Shown here piece after piece: positions 37,480-50,530 of a DNA stretch of 64,000 bases (its first letter is position 1; every line of letters starts with the position of its first letter). Source of the stretch: Octopus sinensis (taxonomy: Eukaryota); assembly GCF_006345805.1 (NCBI RefSeq), contig NC_042997.1:20894001-20958000 (forward strand). Direction: 5' to 3'. The notes beneath the pieces were generated by a model. The model searched no databases. It was not told the origin of the DNA and saw only the letters and a program-made list of their open reading frames with translations. Position numbers and translations under genes: made by a program.

Positions 37480-38860
37480 TAGCATCATGACAGTCTCTTT
37501 GTAGAGACCAGCAGTAGTAAGCCATCATATTGGTGTTCCACCTGCCTTGATACCTAATCTCTATAAACTCGATGTCTTCGTAGAATCTTTCTCCTTGCTC
37601 ATTATATATTGCTCTATAGTTTTCAGGCTAGTTGTCCAGATGACTGAGCAGAAAATACACTTTTGAACTCATGTTACATCCCAGTACTCGAAAACTTGTT
37701 AACAGGATCTGTGCAAGTTTTTCATAATTTGATGGTATCCAAAAATGGCTATCCTGCAATAGCCATCTAATCTGTGGCCCGTCAAACATATGAAACTTAA
37801 TTTTCTTACAAGACAAAGCTGGAATCTTTCTGCTTAAGTATATGAAACAGTCACTGTTTCAGTGTTTCAACACATGTTTTACACACCATATTTGGTGCCC
37901 AGGCTTTGCCTTGATCCCCCAGTTTCATGCCAAAGTAAGGTAAGCTTTCTTCACAAAATATGTTGTTTTGTTTCGCTACCTTGGTAAAGTGTAACATCCA
38001 CAAATATAACAGATGTCGGGCCTGTTTTTGGATTTTCTTTTCTCACAATTGGTCGCATTTCCGAAATACAAAACATATATTCAAGCCAGTTGTCACATTA
38101 GAAAAGCATTTTCAGAATTGTCAATCGTTATAAAGTAAGCGAATGCAGATTTGCAATGGCAAACTTCCATAAAGATTATAGACACCATGAAGTCCTTTCT
38201 ACAATTCTTTGACCATACTTCACAAAATATGATCTTGACCCATGTGACCTCATAATTAAAACATTAAGGGCTCGTTCAAAATACCGATTTTTATAAGAAA
38301 TAGTTAAAGGTTCAACAAAACATGTCTCATCTGCTTTACAACGATAGTTACACTAAATGAAGCACAGCATAGGCAAATGTGCCGACAAATTCCACAAATA
38401 TGAGATATGTATGATGTCAAGGACTATAAAAATGTGATGTTTATTAACATCTAATTGCATAAAGGACATTTCTACAATCATCATAACATTTAAAACTGGT
38501 TAGATTGAAAACAGTGAGTTGCGCGAGTTGAATGCTTTTTATTTACTGAAGATACTTAAATCTTGACTTTTACTTTCACTTTGTAGTTGCCTTTACTTTA
38601 AAGGATAGTGAAAAACTATGTTTTCAAAGTTATGTCAAGCTTCTTACATGGATCTGCATTTGATGAAGCCAAATATATCCTTAGAAATGGTAACAATACC
38701 GGAAACGTTGAAAAATTGACATTTGAGTTTGTGAAAATCCTGACGGGATAGAGCAAAATGAATTTCATTTTTGAAATCAGCACCCCAATATTACAAGGAA
38801 AGTTGTCTCTCAGACAACAATAACCATGTTCCCCAATATTATAACTATTATTAGATTATT
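37480..38860 (-). mobile_element. Chapaev3-like (CMC superfamily) DNA transposon remnant; transposase N- and C-termini fused
   Basis: PDICYICGCYTL...GDQGKAWAPNMVCKTCVETL (about 37850-38040) joined to FDGPQIR...LGCNMSSKVYFLLSHLD...EQGERFYEDIE...RYQGRWNTNMMAYYCWSL; terminal-like ctgacgggatagagc...gaaatcagcacccca at about 38740-38790. Superfamily name is from recall; outer boundary uncertain. Confidence 0.65.
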
Positions 38861-38899
38861 CTTCCATATAAGGGTGAAACAATTCAAAAACATTTGTTG

Positions 38900-40390
38900 A
38901 ATTAATTAGAACCAACCTGTTTCTCAGTGCATGTTATTTCTTCAACAGCATCTTGCACTCGAGAAACAAATTCTTCGAAAATATATGCGCGCATTGTAGT
39001 AATAACAATTTCTAGACTGTTTGGTTGTGGCTCAGAGTTACTTCTATTTTCACCCAAGCATGAGTAATATTGCCATTGGCATATTTACTATTGCTGTTCT
39101 TACAGAATTAGCGAACGAAATCGCACTGTCAGCTGCTGTTTTGGTAATTGCTTGTGGAAACGTTTACCATGTGCAGTAGGCCTTAAATGTCGTGAGAGTG
39201 CCTTGGTCCAGTGATTGTAATAATGATGTCGTATATGGCAATAAAGATAACATTTTACATTTCCCTCAAATGATCGAGTGTAGTCGGTTGGCTTGGGATA
39301 GGCAATATTTATATTCAGTAATGTTTGCACTTAACTTACAATGTCTTCAGCGGCTGAACAAAAATATAGAGAAAATTGTTCTTCAAAAAGAGATTTGGTC
39401 ATGCATGCTTCATTGGCTCACCAGAATACCTGAATTAAATGTTTCCAATGAAGAGAGAGTAAGCGAAAGACACACACCAGTGGTTATAACTCGAAAGCCC
39501 ATCTGCATTTTCTGCAAATAAAAGAGTTAAACGATCCTTAAAAACTATATCCCGGTTGAGATTTTTCATTTTAAGGTAATTGATTTTTCTTTTTTTTATA
39601 TTTTGTAGTCACTCTTTTCCAAAATTATCCAATCTCACTGCCTCTAATACCCCCACTTTGAATATTCTCTTTTAAAAATGTAGGGTACATTGGTGCAATT
39701 TCTTGGTCAGTAATGGCTGACTCACCACAAATGTTTATATTATGCAAACGTTCGAACCAATCATAACTTGCATTAAATGTCTTTTCAGAGTGGGGTTACT
39801 GAATATTTCTTCACAGTTGCAAAGATCCTCGAAACTTGTGACAGAAACAGAAACAGGCATCTGTTTTTAATAATAGTCCTCATTCTATAGGGCAAGAATA
39901 CATTCCGTTTTTATCAGGACAATGCTTCTATTTCTTCTCCATGCTTACAACCTACAAATGCCTCATGCTGATTTACTTTATCCTTTTATTTCACTACTTG
40001 TTTTATTATATTTCGGACAGTCAGTTCAGGAATACCAAGATCTCAGCCAATTTATGAATTGTTATCGTCATGTATATATGGCGTTTTATTGCAGCAAATT
40101 TCTGCTCCAATCTAATAAATTATTCTGCAATAGAAGCTCTTGCGGTATATATAGTTTCCATTTTCCCCTCAATATAGATAAGTTCGTTTATATAAAATAA
40201 GAAATTGTAGCACATGACGACACCCAAAGCAGACTTAATATGTAGTCACTGGAGCAAGATAAATGCCTAATTTTAATTTTCGTGCATGAAGTGCATTCGT
40301 TCACAATCGAATTCAGTCTCATATAAAATGAAAACGATGCAGTTTTTAAAATTGCATTTAGGTGAATTCGTTTTGATATAGGTTTGACTG
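38900..40390 (-). mobile_element. Tigger/pogo (CENP-B-like DDE_1) transposon remnant
   Basis: LLPYTTSLLQSLDQGTLTTFKAY (39173-39253); ACMTKSLFE; TFNASYDWFERL...GESA; terminus CAGTCAAACC at 40390 flanked by TA at 40391-40392. Confidence 0.78.
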
Positions 40391-40430
40391 TATATACATA
40401 CATACGTATGTATGTATGTATGTATGTATG

Positions 40431-40463
<33 letters not shown>

Positions 40464-40636
40464 GGATGACAAGGAAACAGGAATTGTGTAAACAATTGAT
40501 ACTTTCCCTTATAATTCATTAAGTGTTATTACGCTGTGAAGAGCTCTGTACTCGGCTAAGGATTTACTCAAAACCATATGGCTATTGAGGTCTAAAACTG
40601 GAGTTTTAGTATTGCTATGTCTAAGTGAAATCATTG

Positions 40637-40685
<49 letters not shown>

Positions 40686-40747
40686 CTAGCAGAAGCACTC
40701 GGCGTTGCCCGGGAATGAAACTTTTCCTTGCATATTGAAAGAATAAA

Positions 40748-40789
<42 letters not shown>

Positions 40790-42677
40790 CGAAAATACAA
40801 AATTTACCCCTTTTATGAAAGGACAAATTCTACCACATATGTCGAAAGAAATTATGTAAGACCTTCTGGGTAAACAACATTCTTTGTTTTCTGGTTTGGA
40901 ACATAGACAAATAAGTTTTGCAAACTACCTACACAGAAGCAAGCAACAAAGTGACCATGAGAAAATGAAACGAGTAGATTTCAAAGAATGACCTTGAGCT
41001 GTATTAATAGACATTGCAAAGGAAAGTCGCACTGGGAATTGTGTTCGTTTAAACTCAAAGGATATATATGTTGGTTTGATTGGAATTCTTGGAATGAAAA
41101 TCTCTTCCCCAGAGGCACATCGAGTGATGATAGTAGCTTCAGTCACATTAGGTGATAATGCCTTCACAATCAGCCTAGTTCCATTGCATAATTCAGGAGG
41201 ATCTAAATTTCTTAGAAACATTATTGGGACTTCTACCTTCATAAAAAGTTTATGTGGAGGAATGAATTCCAGGTGGCTCAAGAAAATTAAGGAACTCTGT
41301 TGGGTAATGGACAGCTTGATTTTAATCAAGGACTGAATCAACTGATTTGTACTTCTAAATGACTGTTGGAATCTTATTCATTAATTCATGGTTAATTCTT
41401 GCTACTGTCTCATTTGTGGATTAAGAATTGCCCTTTCACACAACCATTTATGTGTATTATAATTATTACTTAAGTCTGGCAATGCCCTGTTCTGCAATTG
41501 AGCTGGGGAATTCATCATGATAGTAATATGAGCCAAACCGATATCATCATTCCCATCAAGTGGTACTTTCCCATTTCCTACTTGGAGGAGGCAGGTTGAA
41601 AACTGTTGTGCACATTGTTCCTCATGTAATGAAGCTGGCACGTTAGTATTGAAAGAGAATTTCAATACTTTATTCCATAGGTGTGAAGATTTAATGCATG
41701 CTTTTATTTCATCAGATCTTGTTCCTCTCAGAATAACTGGTAATGTCTGTCGGAAGTCTCCTGATAAAAGTAATGTAACTCCTCCCATAAATTTATTGTT
41801 GCCTCTGATGTCCTGTAAGGTGTTACCAAGAGCTTCCATTTGCAGCTCTATGTGACATGGTGCATTCATCCCAAATGATCAGGTGGCATTGGCACAACAC
41901 TTCTGCTGAACCTGAATCTTTGCTTATGTTACAAATTAGACTGTCACTTGCGGCCAGTAATTTAGTGGTAATTTAAAGCAGACAATGGTACAGCAACTGC
42001 AATTTCTTTTTTGTTTGTTTGCCTTACATTGGAGAGAAGTAATGTTACGAATGTTTTACGTGTGTCACGAGGAGCGCCAAGAAAGAAAACTCTTCCGCTT
42101 TTTTCTGACGATTGTGGAACACCACCTGCACACACACACACACACAGATGCATATACATACTGTATCAAACCACAGATGAAATGGAAGTGAGAGAGTGAG
42201 TGAAGGGGTGTGTTGTCATATATACGTACATACATAAATAATAGGTGTACATCTTTTTTTATGTATGTGTGCGTGTGCGTGTGCGAGTGAGAGAGAGAGA
42301 GTGTGCGTGTGTGCCACTTAGACATCACTCTCCCTCTCTCTCTCTCTCTCACACACACACATACAGAAAAGATGTATGCATATGTATTTATGTATGTGCG
42401 AATACATGACAACACACCCTTTCACTTACTCACATACACACAGACATACACACCATACATAAATTAAACAAACGTACATACAAAAACCCGTGTGCGTGTG
42501 TGTCTTATAAATACATGGAGCTGAACACAGTGTGAAAAAGAAAATAAATAAAAAATTTTACGTAAATAAACGAAGTTTGCGAGTTCCAGCAAAATAATGC
42601 CCATATTTTTGGGGCGCCACATATTTAATTACAAGATTTTAACGTGACATTTGTGTAATATAGAAATCAAACCTGAA

Positions 42678-42712
<35 letters not shown>

Positions 42713-43848
42713 TGTTGCAAACAACGAATGAGATGGGCATGGAATGAAAAATCGTATAAATAAAAGCACGTTGAAATGTGTCTTGAACCGTATGTTTAAA
42801 TTTGTGAACTTAGTAAATATTTTTTCAGCAATTTATCGTAGTTGTTTACAAATAGCGAATTAAAACCTGAAATGTAAACATTAAAATTTAGACAGGGACA
42901 GACTTCGCCGTTTTTATGTCAATACTGGAAGTTGACATTGAGAAACCTTTTTAAAGTAGTAAATCTAATGTAGAGAATTTCATTAAAAAATATCTGTTTT
43001 CTTGAAAGCTAAGAGTAATTGAAGTAGACTCAAACAGTTACCCCCTCCCCCCCCCAAAAAAAATTATATATTCGAAATTGACATAAAAGAACATATATTC
43101 ATGGAAAATTTTATCTGAAAATATTCATAATTCTGAAAGTTATGATCATGGAAATGGTGTTGGGGGACAGAAATCTGTAGTTCTTAATACGACGGGCAGA
43201 AAGTAAACAAGAAATTTTAGCGGAAAGGAAAGTATTGTAGGGGTTGAAGGGAAATTTGTCACTCAGTGACCCAAAGAGCCAGTATCGAAGGAAGAAACCG
43301 TCAACAACAGGAAAACACAAAACCGTACGGATTGAAGTGAAATTTACGAAGATACTTCTGTCAGTAAATTATGAAATTACTTACATCAGTAATTGCGAAC
43401 TTGTTTCTATCAGTAATTTGTCGTTATTTGTTTGTAAATAGCGATTCAAAACTTAGACTTACAGTGAAAACAATAACATAGAAGTTAAACAATGGCGTAT
43501 GAAAATTAAAAATGAAAAGAATAGGGTCTGTAAAATGAAAGTGAAACAAGAGATATAGATAGAAAGATATGTTACCGAGAGAGAGATGAATAGAGAGATA
43601 TACATAAGGAGATATGTTACGTCACTGACGTTAGAAAACCGGACGTACAAATATTAAAATCTTTGAAAGACGTGAATGTAATATAAAGCAATATTTTTTT
43701 TTTTTTTTTTTTTAATAAGAAAATCAAATGAAGACCCTATAATATGTCCGAGATCAAATTATTTATGCATCACAAGTATGGAAGTAATTGGTGAAGCCGT
43801 TTTCGCATGAAAAGTGAATACGTACACATCTCTGTTTTATATATTAGA
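40686..43848 (-). mobile_element. Helitron remnant with PIF1 helicase fragments; 5' boundary inferred
   Basis: 3' CTAG at 40686-40689 with a ccgggcaacgccgag hairpin; FLRNLDPPELCNGTRL...QFPVRLSFAMSIN.AQG (40925-41341); GGVTLLLSGDFRQTLPV (41402-41869); degenerate Walker A FFLGAPRDTRKTF (about 42050-42100); A|TCTAATATATAAAA start at 43848. Confidence 0.8.
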
Positions 43849-43850
43849 TA

Positions 43851-44060
43851 TTGCTTGTTTCAGTCACTGGTCTACTGCCATGATAGGGTACCACCATGAA
43901 TGGTTTAGTCGAAAAAAAATCGACCCCAGTACTTATTTGTCTTGATACTTATTTTATCCAGCTCTTTTTGCCTACCGTTAAGCTACGGGGACGTAAACAA
44001 ACCAGCACTAGGTAATCCGGCAGCTGTCAGAAGGTGTAGAATACTGTGAACAAAAATTAA
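43851..44060 (-). mobile_element. SINE family B-related 3' fragment
   Basis: ttgcttgtttcagtca...ttagtcg...atcgaccccagtactta...aagctacggggacgtaaac. Confidence 0.65.
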
Positions 44061-44119
44061 CAGATATCCATGGTACACACTAAGTGCAAAATGCAACCAA
44101 ATATAAATGGCTTCAATAG

Positions 44120-45200
<1,081 letters not shown>

Positions 45201-45927
45201 ACATATGAACCTGCTTAACAACTTGTCATAAGAACAAAAAAAGTAAGATAACGACCGGGAAACCATGCGCTGTTGTTGGAGTTATTGATAGAACAACATC
45301 TCTGACGAGAAGAAAAATATACAATATAGAGCTAATCTACAGCTTTTAATCTCCTACATATGTTTAGGCGATTTCCGTGTGAGCTTTCTCTTGACTGATA
45401 CAAGTAATTAGTAAAATAATGTACTTGCTTTTATAAGATACTAGAAATTCCGCCATATAACATGTCAGTAATATGAAGTCAATGCACGCATAATATTGCA
45501 GCGTATTATGTCTTCTGTTGCTACACTACTTCAATTGTATTTCATACAGTTTTCGGTATGATACATAGTGAAAGTCTTCTGCACTTCTAAACATACTTTA
45601 CTTGCTTATGTTTTGTATCTTGACATTTAGCAATGAAGCGGAAATGGATCTTAATGTAAACTAAATACTCCGAGGGAAACATATTTACGTGCCTTGCCTT
45701 ATCCGAGATCACTTATTAAATTGTCTGAAGGACTTTTAGCCTTTTTTCCTAACTGAAAATATGTTACAGTTTTCAAATGCAAGCATAGAAACGATAATAA
45801 TAATAATGGCAGCACATACACACACAAATAACGCATGTATGTTATTGTAAATAGCAATTACAGGACTAGTGATGTTGTCTTCCTGAGGAAATTCTCAGAA
45901 ACTTTGATCACTCTACTTAATACAACA

Positions 45928-45970
<43 letters not shown>

Positions 45971-46136
45971 GATATATATATATATATAATACGTTTAAAT
46001 ATTTGTTGTGCAAGATTTTTTATGTGAAGTCGTGTGTTGAAACAGATATTGTTATATTTCGGAAGCAAAATAACACCAAATATATAGTGCGTGTGTTTTT
46101 ATTGGCTAAACTGGCAATATGACCATTCCGAAATAT

Positions 46137-46181
<45 letters not shown>

Positions 46182-46193
46182 TATGTTTGTATG

Positions 46194-46227
<34 letters not shown>

Positions 46228-46285
46228 TGTATGTATGTATATACATGCATGTATATATAGCATATATATATATATATATATATAT

Positions 46286-47088
46286 TAGGGTGATGCAAAA
46301 AAACTTACCATTTCAAAAACATGAAGACACCCTCTAATTCTATTTAATTTAGCGCAAAAACTCAACATACAAAATTTCAACACAATTCAAGACATTTTAG
46401 AGGTTGCTACCATCTACTGAACATTTTGTAAATTGTTATTTTTCAGTTTTTATTTACCGTACATTTTCTGTTTCCTTACCATTTTCTACTGGCCCTGACA
46501 TACAACTGTTTAAGAAATTCAAATCAAAGCGGATGGAAAATGACAAGAACAATTACCAAACAGCAACAAATGACCCTAACATTGCAGAGAAAATCTCAGA
46601 TGCTGAAGAAACCATTCAATTTGCTCAAGCTCAGCTTGATGAACAGCAGCCTCATGATAACTACAAGGAATTGCTCGAGCTAGCGCTCATTTTCCTCTGT
46701 AGTACCCTCAAGTCAGGAATCAGCTTTAAAGCACCCTGAGCTTATCACAGAGCACGATGGATGATCAAGCTAATTTACTGCATTAAAATTTGGATGTTTA
46801 AATCTCAGTTTAAACTAACCGAGAGAGAGAGGAAAAAGGATTGAGAGATGTTTTCTGCCTTTTCAGCTGTGATATCATATTGGTTCCGGCGATAATATCA
46901 ACAAAACAATATTTTTGCGCACAAACTGATATACATTTATTTTTAAAGCTTGGTAGCAATCTATAATTATCTCATTTTCAAACCCAAATTTCGTATACAG
47001 TGCTTTTTTTAGGAATATGAATGAAATAGGAGGGTGTCTCCCTGAAAATTGGAAAAACTTTTTTGACCCCCTTTTTTGCATCACCCTA
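46286..47088 (+). mobile_element. 803-bp internally deleted DNA transposon with perfect 17-bp TIRs (hATm-like by TAGGGTG termini and protein motif)
   Basis: tagggtgatgcaaaaaa at 46286-46302 and its reverse complement at 47072-47088; QPHDNYKELLELALIFL...FKAP*AYHRARWMIKLIYCIKIWMF; flanks atatatat/atatttat in (TA)n. Family name is inferred. Confidence 0.8.
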
Positions 47089-47110
47089 ATATTTATATAT
47101 ATATATATAT

Positions 47111-47149
<39 letters not shown>

Positions 47150-47420
47150 TATATGGGTACAGGACGTCATCGGCAGTTCAAACAACATGAAAAATATAAA
47201 CAAACGAGTTAAATGCGTAAAGAACGAGAAAAAAATGGAGAACGGGACAAGTAAACACAGAGAAAGGACTCTTCATCAGTTGTCTGCTGTCTATCTACTC
47301 CTGATTTCGAGCATTCAACGACAATATGAGTCTTCAAAGACAGTTGCTCCATAAATTCTAAAATAAAATTTAGGATTTATGGAGGATCAAAGTTGGGGAC
47401 AAAAACATGACAGTGAAAAC
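47150..47420 (-). repeat. Interspersed repeat family F, longer copy
   Basis: gggtacaggacgtc ... cttcatcagttgtc is the reverse complement of the end motifs at 10150-10270. Confidence 0.55.
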
Positions 47421-47602
47421 ACAAGGAAACCGAACGAAAACAAACATGGAGGGTCGTTAGACCAGAACGAGATATATGCAGATATAAATAAATATATATA
47501 TATATTTGAATATATCTGTCATTATTATCGTCATATGTGCATGAATAAATATATATGCAAATCTATCTATATAGTATATACATACATATATATGTGTTGA
47601 TA

Positions 47603-48680
47603 TATAGCCGGTCGGAGAGTGACCACTGGCTCCACACTATTAAAGGGCTTAGCCGTATTTGCGAAAAGTCATGTTCAAACAGCCGAAGACACATAACCTG
47701 TCTACAACTGGAGTGAGGAATACGTCATGGTCAGTTATGAAGGTTCAACCGGGTCTCTTTTTAAGCAGCGACTGAACAATCACAGGTCCTCGTTTAGGAT
47801 ACCGGAAAGGCACAACGTATGGTGCTTAAAAGAGGCAGGAGCCCCATGTATAACTAAATGGAAGCACCTTGAACGGCTGAGGACATATGTAAATGAGAGC
47901 AGACAATATAAGCTTTGCTTGGCAGAAAGATCAAAAATCAAAGAAGGCGGCAAGCTGGCAGAAACGTTAGCACGCCGGGCGAAATGCTTAGCGGTATCTC
48001 GTCTGTCTTTACGTTTAAGTACCAGTTACGCACTGGGGTCGATACAATCGACTTAATCAGATTGTCTGTCCTTGTTTGTACTCTCTGTGCTTAGCCCCTT
48101 GTGGGTAGTAAAGAAATAGGTATCTCGTCTGTCTTTACGTTCTGAGTTCAAATTCCGCCGGGGTCGACTTTGCCTTTCAACCTTTCGGGGATCGATAAAT
48201 TAAGTACCAGTTACGCACTGGGGTCGATGTAGTCGACTCAGTCCCTTTGTCCTTGATTGTTCCCTCTATGTTTAGCCCCTTGTGGGCAATAAAGAAATAA
48301 GAAACATCAAAGATCCTGAAGACTCTCTTCAGCCAGGAACCTTTTCCAACTCCAGGAAGGAAATCAGTGCCTTCATCTAAAGCGTTTACTGCTACAAGCT
48401 AGAAAATCTCCCATCATTGAATAGACCAGTGACAGTAACTTCGAAAATCAAAACAGCTGGAACGGATGTAAGGGAGATAACCCTGTCCTGCATGTTGACA
48501 TCACCGCCTGCACGACCAATCTAGATGTATAGTTTTTGTTTACAAAACTAATCGACCACGACGTATTCCTTCCTCCAGTTGCAGAGAGGTTATATACCTT
48601 CGGCCTTTCGTATGACTTGCCGCCTAAACGGCTAAATGCTTTACGGATACGAAACCACGGGTCACTCTCTGATTGGCCAT
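47603..48680 (+). mobile_element. Penelope-like remnant (GIY-YIG) bounded by about 85-bp inverted repeats and interrupted by a SINE dimer
   Basis: SYEGSTGSLFKQRLNNHRSSFR...VWCLK...KWKHL...YKLCLAER; 47603-47688 resembles the reverse complement of 48596-48680 (agagtgacc, ttagccgt, aagtcat, gccgaag shared). Confidence 0.7.
47945..48305 (+). mobile_element. SINE family A dimer with an 8-bp TSD
   Basis: TSD atcaaaga at 47937-47944 and 48306-48313; second unit starts at 48119. Confidence 0.88.
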
Positions 48681-49508
48681 AACAATCAACTGCCTAAAAG
48701 ATATATTATTTCTCCAACGTTTTAGAGTATGATGTGGAGGTGAGAGGGTGCGCGCGTGTGTGTGTGTGTAAACATATGAATTAGTGGGCGGTGGAAAATG
48801 CTATAAACTAGTAATCACATCAATTGTAGTGCTCCAGCATGGCCGCACCCCACTGCCTGAAAAATATGACTATTGAGGTTGTTAAGTAGGTTATAAATCT
48901 GTGTGCGTTTATGAAAAATAACGCCTTAACTAACACTAAAACAAAATGAAAACAACAGCATTGCTTTGTTTACCGCTCAATGAAATATTAAGAAAAAAAG
49001 TTCTTTTTTAAAAATTCTAAATTAGGAAGCTTGATGTGGGAAGAATTATAGGAGAATGGAATAAAATGGTCTTAACGAGGAAACGTGTTGTTCTGTATCA
49101 GTGCATATCGAAAATGAAGGAGCTCGAATGACTGCAAGTGTCCTAAAAGAATGAAGTTTCATATTAACATGAGCAACAGGTGAAATAAATCTGAATAAAT
49201 TATGTATGTGCAATTGTGTAAGTGTATATACTTTTATCTGTCCGTTGTTAACGTAATATATATGGGCTGTACGCTGTTAGCTTAATATCTATGGGCTGTG
49301 GAAGCGCGTACGTATGCATTTTGCAGCGAAACTTTTTGAGAGCTATTTTAAGGGTTATTGTGTCTGTATGTATATGTGTGTGTGCGTGCGTGCACCAAAG
49401 TATTTACGGTTGTCTTTCTTTTGTAACTATCATATTCTTCCTGAGAGAATGAATCTCGCATAGCTTGGCTGCTTCGCTTACTGACTACTGACTATATTTA
49501 CAAAATGC

Positions 49509-49742
49509 GAAGGCGGCGAGCTGGTAGAAACGTTAGCACGCCGGGCGAAATTCGTAGCCGTATTTCGTCTGTCGTTGTGTTCCGAATTCAAATTCCGCCG
49601 AGGTCGACTTTGCCTTTCATCCTTTCGGGGTCGATAAATTAAGTACCAGTTACGCACTGGGGTCGATGTAATCGACTTAATCCCTTTGTCTGTCCTTGTT
49701 TGTCCCCTCTGTGTTTAGCCCCTTGTGGTTAGTAAAGAAATA
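49509..49742 (+). mobile_element. SINE family A, full-length, 16-bp TSD
   Basis: TSD tatatttacaaaatgc at 49493-49508 and 49743-49758. Confidence 0.95.
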
Positions 49743-50408
49743 TATATTTACAAAATGCTTGTTAGATCGCCTGGTTCTCTGTCCGCAACCTCGAACATCA
49801 CGAAGTTTATTTAGCAGCCTAACTACGTCTATCAATAAATTTTGGTATGTTTGCAAATTTATAATCTGAACAGATAAGATGTTTCGTTAGAGGTTTTCCA
49901 TAAACATTCTCTTTCTCACTGTTTTAAAATATGAGTTCAAAACAGCAACAACTAAAGAGGAGATGTGTTGCATCCTTCCTGCATGCATGCTGCTTGAAAA
50001 GTAATTATCTTTGGTGTCATCCCTCGATACACCATGCATTTATCATCCAGTAGGCTTAATGAGAAAAATAGCAAAAGGAAAAAGAAACAAAAGGTGGAAA
50101 TGAAGAAAGAATAACAGAGACAAAACACTTCATTAACTACCAAAAATAAAACCAAAAGTTAAGATAAATTATGTTATATTAAAGAAAACTTATTTCTGCA
50201 GTGATTGCTGCATTTAAAACATATCAACTCTTGAAGCTCTTTCATTTTTATATCGGAAATATTCACATACACATAAATGTTTATGCGCAGCTGTCTTACG
50301 GTGGCCTCATTGTAGTCATATAATACACATTTAGATTTCGCCTTTTTAATTTCTTATTACTTGATAATAACAACAACATCGAAAATAACATCATCATCAT
50401 CATCATCA

Positions 50409-50427
50409 TTATTATTATTACTATTAA

Positions 50428-50489
<62 letters not shown>

Positions 50490-50530
50490 CATCATCATCA
50501 TCATCATTATTATCACCATCATCATTATTA
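50409..50530. repeat. (TTA)n/(TCA)n microsatellite at the 3' end of the minus-strand R4/Dong-like copy
   Basis: Read directly from the sequence. Confidence 0.95.

Noticed and set aside
46020-47354. Two ORFs both starting [12 protein letters not shown] on opposite strands
   Set aside because: They are the two TIRs of the hATm-like element read outward into (TA)n
48580-48670. Possible hammerhead in the Penelope inverted repeat (gaaaccacgggtc with a cagagag/ctctctg stem)
   Set aside because: No CUGANGA box at the required position, and the GAAA is sequestered by an alternative tttcgtat/atacgaaa pairing
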